Shown here: positions 34,441 to 40,865 of the stretch, in pieces
How positions within the stretch are numbered: position 1 is the first letter of the stretch
Layout of the letters: each line of letters starts with the position of its first letter
From: Octopus bimaculoides
Lineage: Eukaryota
Length of the DNA stretch: 40,865 nt
Direction: 5' to 3'
NCBI RefSeq assembly: GCF_001194135.2
Contig: NC_068998.1
Coordinates: 37,392,811 to 37,433,675 of the forward strand
Translations under genes and position numbers: made by a program
Notes under the pieces: generated by a model
What the model was told of the DNA's origin: nothing
Databases searched by the model: none
What the model saw: only the letters and a program-made list of their open reading frames with translations

Positions 34441-34654
34441 CCTTTCTACAATAAGCACAAAGCCTGATATTTTGTTTAGGAGGGGACAAATTAATTGCAC
34501 CGACCCCAGTATTTCATTGGTAGTTATTTTATCGACCCCGAAGGGATGAAAGGTAAAGTGAACCTCGGTGGAATTTGAACTCCGAACGTAAAGACGAACG
34601 AAATGCCGTTAAGCATTTTGCTCGGCGTGCTAAGTATTCTGTCAGCTCACCGCC
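34441..34654 (-). mobile_element. SINE family A, full length
   Basis: Reverse complement of the family A copy at 30687. Confidence 0.9.
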
Positions 34655-34675
34655 AATAATGATAATAATGATAAT

Positions 34676-34856
34676 CTTTTCCAGTACAGACACAAGGCTA
34701 AAATTGTAGAGGGCGGGACTAGTCGAGTACATCGACCCCAGTGTTTCACTGGTACTTAATTTATCGACCCCGAAAGGATGAAAAGCAAAGTCGACTTCAG
34801 CGGAAATTGAACTTGGAACGTGGCGGCATAGGAAATATCGCTAAGCATTTCGCCCG
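34676..34856 (-). mobile_element. SINE family A, 5'-truncated, in tandem with the previous copy
   Basis: Its (ATT)-like tail (34655-34675) abuts the head of the 34441 copy. Confidence 0.88.
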
Positions 34857-35232
34857 ATGCTGGATCATAGATATAGCATGCCCAGCTGACAACAAGGTAT
34901 GCGATAAGGAAGAAAGAAAAGTCGATAGATATTACAGGTTAGCTCGGGAGGTTAAGCAGTTGTGGTCGATGAAAAAAGTTATAGTAGTACCAACAAATGT
35001 CGGAACCCCAGGAGCAGTGAGTAAAAATCTTGAGAAGTACATGGAACAAATACGAGCAGCAATAAGGGTGGAGCACTTGCAGAAAACAGCACTGCTAGGA
35101 ACCGCTCGAATACTCTGGATGGTGCTCGAAAAAGAAGGGGTGGAGTTTTACCTTGGTTCACTGGCAGGGAACACATGGCACCGTAGTACATCTCCTGCGT
35201 TAGAAGCTGTAGAAAGACTATAAAATAATAAT
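34857..35232 (+). mobile_element. R4/Dong-type RLE 3' fragment (third subfamily)
   Basis: CWIIDIACPADNKVCDKEERKVDRY..EVKQLWSMKKVIVVP..LQKTALLGTARIL; short UTR ending AAAATAATAATA. Confidence 0.85.
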
Positions 35233-35465
35233 AGGTATTATTGAAAATGATGATATAACTGAGATGAAGATGAAAGACTTTTTCAGGAAAATTGTCGCTG
35301 AGTAGGACCCAATTTATGCTGCAATCTAAGCTAAGTGGGTGCAATAAGATTAACACTCGGGAAGTCTCTTTGCTGGGAAGGAATAATATTTTGGAAGAAG
35401 GATGAACTACAAGAGATTGGACGGAAAACACGTAAACTAATGATAATGGAAAAGGAATTCTATCC
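35233..35465 (+). mobile_element. R4/Dong-type post-RT fragment
   Basis: Frames give KSKLSGCNKI..NT and IIFWKKDELQEIGRKTRKLM, matching the pattern KSKLN..NK..AINT and W...EL..LDRKTRK.M. Confidence 0.7.
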
Positions 35466-35856
35466 CTGACGCCATAATTTACCAGACGGCATGAAACTGC
35501 ACATGACCGTGGAGGGCAGGCAGCCAAGGTGCTACTTTTGTGGGGACGACCAACACCTCAATGTCGACTGCCCCAAATAAAAGAAATGAAAACAAAAGCA
35601 GCAAGCGTCAACAGAAGCGGGTGCACCTCCAGTGCAGCAGCAGAAAACAACCCCATCACTACCAGCAACAGCGACGCCGCCTCCAACAGTCGCCAACGCA
35701 CCACCAACACCGGACGGAGTAACACCACCAGCCGGAGTGCTGCCGCAAGCCGAAGTAGCACAGCCGGTCTTGAACCAGCAGAGCTCCCTAGGTCAGGGAT
35801 TTCTGGAAGTTATCGATATGCCTCGGCCTGAAAGTCCTCCAGAAAGGACCAGTTAA
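35466..35856 (+). pseudogene. Tx1/L1-type ORF1 (gag-like) fragment with CCHC zinc knuckle and Pro/Ala-rich tract
   Basis: A single frame with two stops: KLHMTVEGRQPRCYFCGDDQHLNVDCPK (CX2CX4HX4C at 35530-35571), then TTPSLPATATPPPTVANAPPTP. Confidence 0.72.
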
Positions 35857-38473
35857 CTGATCCCTCCTGACGCCCATCTTTTCCTCAGGGGTATCGTTGC
35901 TCTTTCCCTCCATTCATCCCCTATAGAACTTCATAGTGAACATCCACCGACCACGTTGCTCAACTGGCAGAAAGCTGTGAGCGTTCAGGGACAGCTTCTT
36001 CTCTACCTTCCCTCAGTTCTTTGTCACCTCCCCCAGTTCTTGACCACCTGGTGGTCGGGACCAAACCAAACCCCGAGCAATTTAACCAGGCCTTCTGTCC
36101 AGCACCCTACAACACCTCTCCAGGTCCCGAGCAGGAGGCCCACTGACTTGTCCTGAATTATTTTTGCTCCTGTCACCGCTTCATTCTCCCTTCAGGTAGA
36201 GCCGATCACCTCGATTTACGAGCTGTCCGACACTATTACATGTGCGGACACGAACCTTCTGCATCCTAGATGACGCGAGACGCTCCTCAAAATATTCAGC
36301 TTCTTTAGTAATGGCTCGTACAGAAGGGTAGAAAGTGGGCGTCCTTGACAGACCAAACGAGTGATGCTAAACTATTCCGATAGGTGGCCATTTACTTTGT
36401 CCATCGAATAGTTATCGCTATACATTGCAGCAATCCAGTCTCTGAAAACAGGACCGAAACTTGTCGCAGCGAGAACAGCTTCCAAGTATTGATGGTCGAC
36501 CCAGACAAAAGCTTTCCACTGATCCAACTTGGTCAGGGACCCAACCATGTCGGATTCCTTCTCTACCCACCCTATGATGTAGTGCGCGAGGTGGAAGCTG
36601 TCGGGGATAGATATGGTCATGATACCGCATGTCTGCGCATCACCGACCAGCTTATCCCTGACAAGTGCCAACCTCTTGGCTACCACCTTGCCCAAAATCT
36701 GACAATCTGCGTTCAACAGAGACATGAGCCTAAAATTATGTATTTGGTCCCCCTTATTCGGGTCCTTTCTCAGCAGCACCACCACAGCACTGGGTATTCT
36801 TCCGTTCTACTTCCGGTTGTAGTAGACATTCGCCAAGCGATCACCGAAAAAGTTTGGCATATGAAAATAAAGTTCGAAGGGCAGACCATCCATCCCCGGA
36901 GACTTCTCCCTTGTGCAGCTCGTCATCGCGTTCCGTAAGTCTTCAGTTGTTATCGGCATTACGCAGAACTCTGCATCCATGGCTGTAAGGCGTGGCAGGC
37001 CGCTGAGGATGGAGGTGAAATCCACCTCCATCCCCGACACACCGCGCACCCGAACAGTATTTTTCGTCACGGACATCTGCTTGAATTCGTATAGCATATC
37101 CCCGGCCCGTCAAAGGCTGAATTGTGGCTTTGTTGACACGTTGCCCCTCTGCCACCGGGGCCCATCGAACGGCTTTCGTTCCCTCATATCTTAGAACACG
37201 CGCCCTAGTTCTGACAACGAAACCTCTGTGCTTGTCATTGGAAAATTAATCAAGATCCAATCTCGCCGCCATCACGTCGGTCGCAATACCACTCTTAAGT
37301 GCCTCATCTAGCTTCCTAACTAACTCTTCTATCTTAGATTCTTTTAAAGCTATTTCCTCACTAAATCTTCCTGCCTCTACTCTAATAGCCCTTTTCAAGG
37401 CTATCCACCAACGGTTGTTGACGATTGCGCCCACCAACTTTCGATGGACTAGCTCGCTAACCCGGATTCTGAATACTTGACGCGCTGGGAAAAATGCGTT
37501 CAGATTCCAACACTCGAGGCCCTGGCTATGGGATTATATCTAGGTCGACCGTACAGATCACAAAATTGTGGTCTGTGTAGCCAACGACTTTGATCTGTGG
37601 ACAACTTGTGCAACTTCTATCTTCTACAGAATATCCTACCTAAATACGATCTGGAAAACCCAGTGCTGTTTGCCCATGTCCACATTGGCGCATTCGAGAA
37701 ATCCAGGCGGTACCTATCAGCCAACTGAAACGACTAAGCAGGTTTGTGAGGCTTTTGCACCGCCCCTCTCTTAACGGCTAACACTACCTTATTCAGGCGT
37801 GCATCCAAAATGGTGTTCCAATCACCCATTAGAACTAAAGAGTGAGATATCCCAAGGAAAAACCTCCAAACATCTGAAGAAATTTGGCTGCCCCGCTCCA
37901 GTTGAGGCATACACAGCGACTAGTTTCAAAGCCCTACCTTCGCTGTTACTCACATCCAGGACCATCCACTTACCTCCTGCTTCCAGGAAGATCGTTCGTA
38001 CCGCGAAATCTAGGACTTTCTAAACAGTACTTCCACCCCATCCCCCATTCCGGGCCAACTAAGAGACGCGTAGATCTGAAAATCGTTGAAAATGGGATCC
38101 AGGTAGCGTGTGTCAGAAATCCTGGTTTCCCTGACGATGTCACATCCATTGATAGTGACCTGAGGTCGTTAAGCAGGCGCCCCTGCTTCCACGGCGACCC
38201 CAGGCCACGAATATTTACACAGCCCACGCTAACCAATCCCATGCGGGTCGGAAAGAGCTGTAAGAAAGAAAAGGTGTGAGATCACTTACGCTGCCAGTGA
38301 TATTGGCAGCCGCATGGCCTGGCCTCCTGTTCTGGTTGGAGCTTCTCTGGGAACCGCTTTAAAAATCTTTTGGAGGCTGTTATACTGGTGGTTTCCACAT
38401 CGTGTGGGAAAATATCCCGAATGTTCTTGTACGTTGTAAGTAGCAACGCACTAACAACAGCTCTTGTGGCACT
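35857..38473 (-). mobile_element. Tx1/L1-type LINE: probable ORF1 end, then ORF2 APE endonuclease and RT domains 0-7, degenerate
   Basis: APE: VGCVNIRGLG, VAVYA, LMGDWN, YTDH. RT: KSPGMDGLP, NFRLMSLLNAD, KLDQWKAF, VCQGRPLSTLLY, VKLLGVWFGP..KNW. Many stops and frameshifts; the YADD region is deleted. Confidence 0.9.
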
Positions 38474-38476
38474 CTA

Positions 38477-39452
38477 AGGGTGCTGCTGTCATGAATACGG
38501 TCGTTCCAGAAATTCCGAGCCGGAAACTACAGCCTAGAAGATGAGCCTCGTCCTGGAAGATCAGTAGAGCTCGACGAGATCTTCCTGCAAACCCTGGTGG
38601 GACAAAATCCCATCGTAACTGTTGAGGAACTAGCAAAGAAGCTTGGATTTGGTTATTCAACCATTCATCGACACAAGCGTGCCATCGGAAAATTCAGCAA
38701 ATTGGGTCAATGGGATCCTCACAAACATTCCGAGTCTAAACGCGCGCAGAGAGTGAATGTGTGCTTTTCTTAGCTGTCACGTTTTACGAATGAACCGTTT
38801 TAAGACCGAATAGTGACTGGTGACGAGTAATGGGTTCTCTATAAAAATGTCAAGCGCCCAGGACAGTGGGTAGGGAAAGGAGAAACACCAGCACCCCAGT
38901 CTAAAGAAGGTTTTCACCCACGTAAGATGTTGTTATCTGTTTGGTGGGATATGAAAGGTTTAGTCCACTTTGAACTTTTAAACCCAAACCAAACAATAAC
39001 AAAGGAAATCTACTGCGAACAACTTGACCGGCTTAAGTCAGTTCTAGAAGAAACAAGACCATCTTTTGTTTCAAGACTAAAGGTGTTCTTCCATCAGGAT
39101 AATGCTCGGTCACATACAGTGGAGATGACATTCCAAAAGCTGGAACAGGAAATGATGCCCCACCGAGTAGATTCGCCGGACGTCCCACCTGATTATCATT
39201 TATTCCGCAGTCTTCAAAATCTTCTGGATGGAAAAAATATGAAGTCTGTAGACGTGGTCAGAACAGTGTCGGAGGCGTATTTTTCATCACAGACAAGTAA
39301 ATTTTGGAAGAGGTACCTTGCACGTCTACTAGATAGATGGAAGAGCATAGTAGAAAATGGAGAGTATATTTTAGATTAAAAAACAACTTTTCTTTCTTAA
39401 TTTAGAAAAATAAAAAAGTATAAAAAACCGCATTGTTTATGGAATGACTCAA
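38477..39452 (+). mobile_element. mariner (DD34D) element, 5'-truncated, with 3' TIR
   Basis: FQKFRAGNYSLEDEPRPGR, DRIVTGDE, LSVWWD, FHQDNAR, DYHLFRSLQN; TIR-like CCGCATTGTTTATGGAATGACTCAA|TA. Confidence 0.92.
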
Positions 39453-40054
39453 TATATGTGTTTGTGTGTCTGTGTATGACACTTTGTGTGTTTGTGTGTA
39501 TGTATACAAACACACTCATACATATGTATAAAAGTACGTATGTATACATATATATACACACACACATATATACCAACATATATATACATAGATACATAGA
39601 TATATGTACTTATATATATATATATATATNNNNNNNNNNNNNNNNNNNNNNNNNNNNNNNNNNNNNNNNNNNNNNNNNNNNNNNNNNNNNNNNNNNNNNN
39701 NNNNNNNNNNNNNNNNNNNNNNNNNNNNNNNNNNNNNNNNNNNNNNNNNNNNNNNNNNNNNNNNNNNNNNNNNNNNNNNNNNNNNNNNNNNNNNNNNNNN
39801 NNNNNNNNNNNNNNNNNNNNNNNNNNNNNNNNNNNNNNNNNNNNNNNNNNNNNNNNNNNNNNNNNNNNNNNNNNNNNNNNNNNNNNNNNNNNNNNNNNNN
39901 NNNNNNNNNNNNNNNNNNNNNNNNNNNNNNNNNNNNNNNNNNNNNNNNNNNNNNNNNNNNNNNNNNNNNNNNNNNNNNNNNNNNNNNNNNNNNNNNNNNN
40001 NNNNNNNNNNNNNNNNNNNNNNNNNNNNNNNNNNNNNNNNNNNNNNNNNNNNNN

Positions 40055-40380
40055 ACAACAAACAAACAGGCCACATAGAGAACATATCCTTCATCAGCTG
40101 TCACCATTAAAACACCGGCGTTTCGGAGAGTTAGGGCAGTACGCATCGTTAAAATGGCTCTTCCCACGAACACAAACTGAATTTTTTTCGTGGAGGATAG
40201 CGGCGGACGGAAAACAAGACAGGAAAACGAAACGGTGAAATAAACAAACAAAAAGGCTGTACAGCCAGACGTGGAGAAGTGTGTATGTATTGAACGCTGT
40301 GAAGCACGAACTGGAGAGGCGAAGAAGTACGTGCGAGCTTGGGGAGTCCAAGAACGAAAAGAAATAACAACCGGATACAC
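40055..40380. repeat. CpG-rich unclassified repeat-like segment, possibly Penelope-like
   Basis: CpG-rich relative to its surroundings; minus strand carries CCGAAACG and CTGATGAAGG within 30 nt. Confidence 0.3.
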
Positions 40381-40823
40381 ATATATATACAGTCATATAA
40401 ACATACAGGCATACAAACATCCAGACATTCAAAGAAACATACATACATACATACATACATATACGTACTGCCGTAACTACATGCCTACCACCCACCTAGT
40501 TACAAACATATCTACTTACCAACCTACCATCCTACCTACTTATCTACATAAATACTTGCATAAATATATACACACAAACACACACACACATACACACACA
40601 GATACATGTAATTCCACCTATATTCAACATTGTCACATCAATGTATTCTGATCGTAACAATAGTAATGTGTCTGTCGAGGGGACGTGTAAACGTAGTAAT
40701 AAAAAGACTTTGAAGCATGAACTACTGAACGACAGTCGTAATCAAACATTTGGAAACGATAACAGATAACTGTTACTCCTACAGTTGCTGATGCTGTCGT
40801 TTTAATGTAAATTATTCTACGCC

Positions 40824-40865
<42 letters not shown>

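Noticed and set aside
18090-35857. Idea that the 17612 Tx1 3' end and the 35857 body are one element split by about 18 kb of insertions
   Set aside because: No intervening Tx1 RT pieces in order, and another 3' end lies at 30360; independent truncated copies are simpler.
36384-36938. 184-aa + strand ORF; likewise 34979..35527(-), 3713..3976(+), 37884..38279(+), 25429..25731(-) and 17814..18086(+)
   Set aside because: Antisense shadows of TE coding sequence on the opposite strand.
40317-40329. 13-mer AGGCGAAGAAGTA shared with the solo-LTR candidate at about 9443-9455
   Set aside because: No extended alignment; a 13-mer match somewhere within 40 kb is expected by chance.

Overview
AT-rich, microsatellite-dense animal genomic DNA with six assembly gaps. 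The repeat families look cephalopod (Octopus-like); this is my recollection, not a database result. There is no recognisable complete host gene and no rRNA, tRNA gene or CRISPR array. The window is a transposable-element graveyard. It holds at least six fragments of R4/Dong-type (restriction-like endonuclease, RLE) LINEs, one with an uninterrupted 394-aa C-terminal ORF. It also holds a Tx1/L1-type LINE with ORF1 and ORF2 in opposite orientations plus two separate 3' ends, an RTE 3' end, and an internally deleted Gypsy element with its 3' LTR. Five Tc1/mariner copies represent DD34D, maT/DD37D-like and DD41D-like lineages. A hAT-like MITE, many tRNA-headed SINEs of about four families, and a recurrent ~530-bp non-coding element bounded by (AAT)n are also present. 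Best leads: a minimal type-I hammerhead ribozyme fold (33771-33807); a set of elements sharing (AAT)n target sites (R4/Dong LINEs, the 530-bp element, one SINE family); modular SINEs; and one orphan candidate terminal exon (9939-10076). Most ORFs in the supplied track are artefacts of microsatellites, N gaps or antisense reading of TEs.
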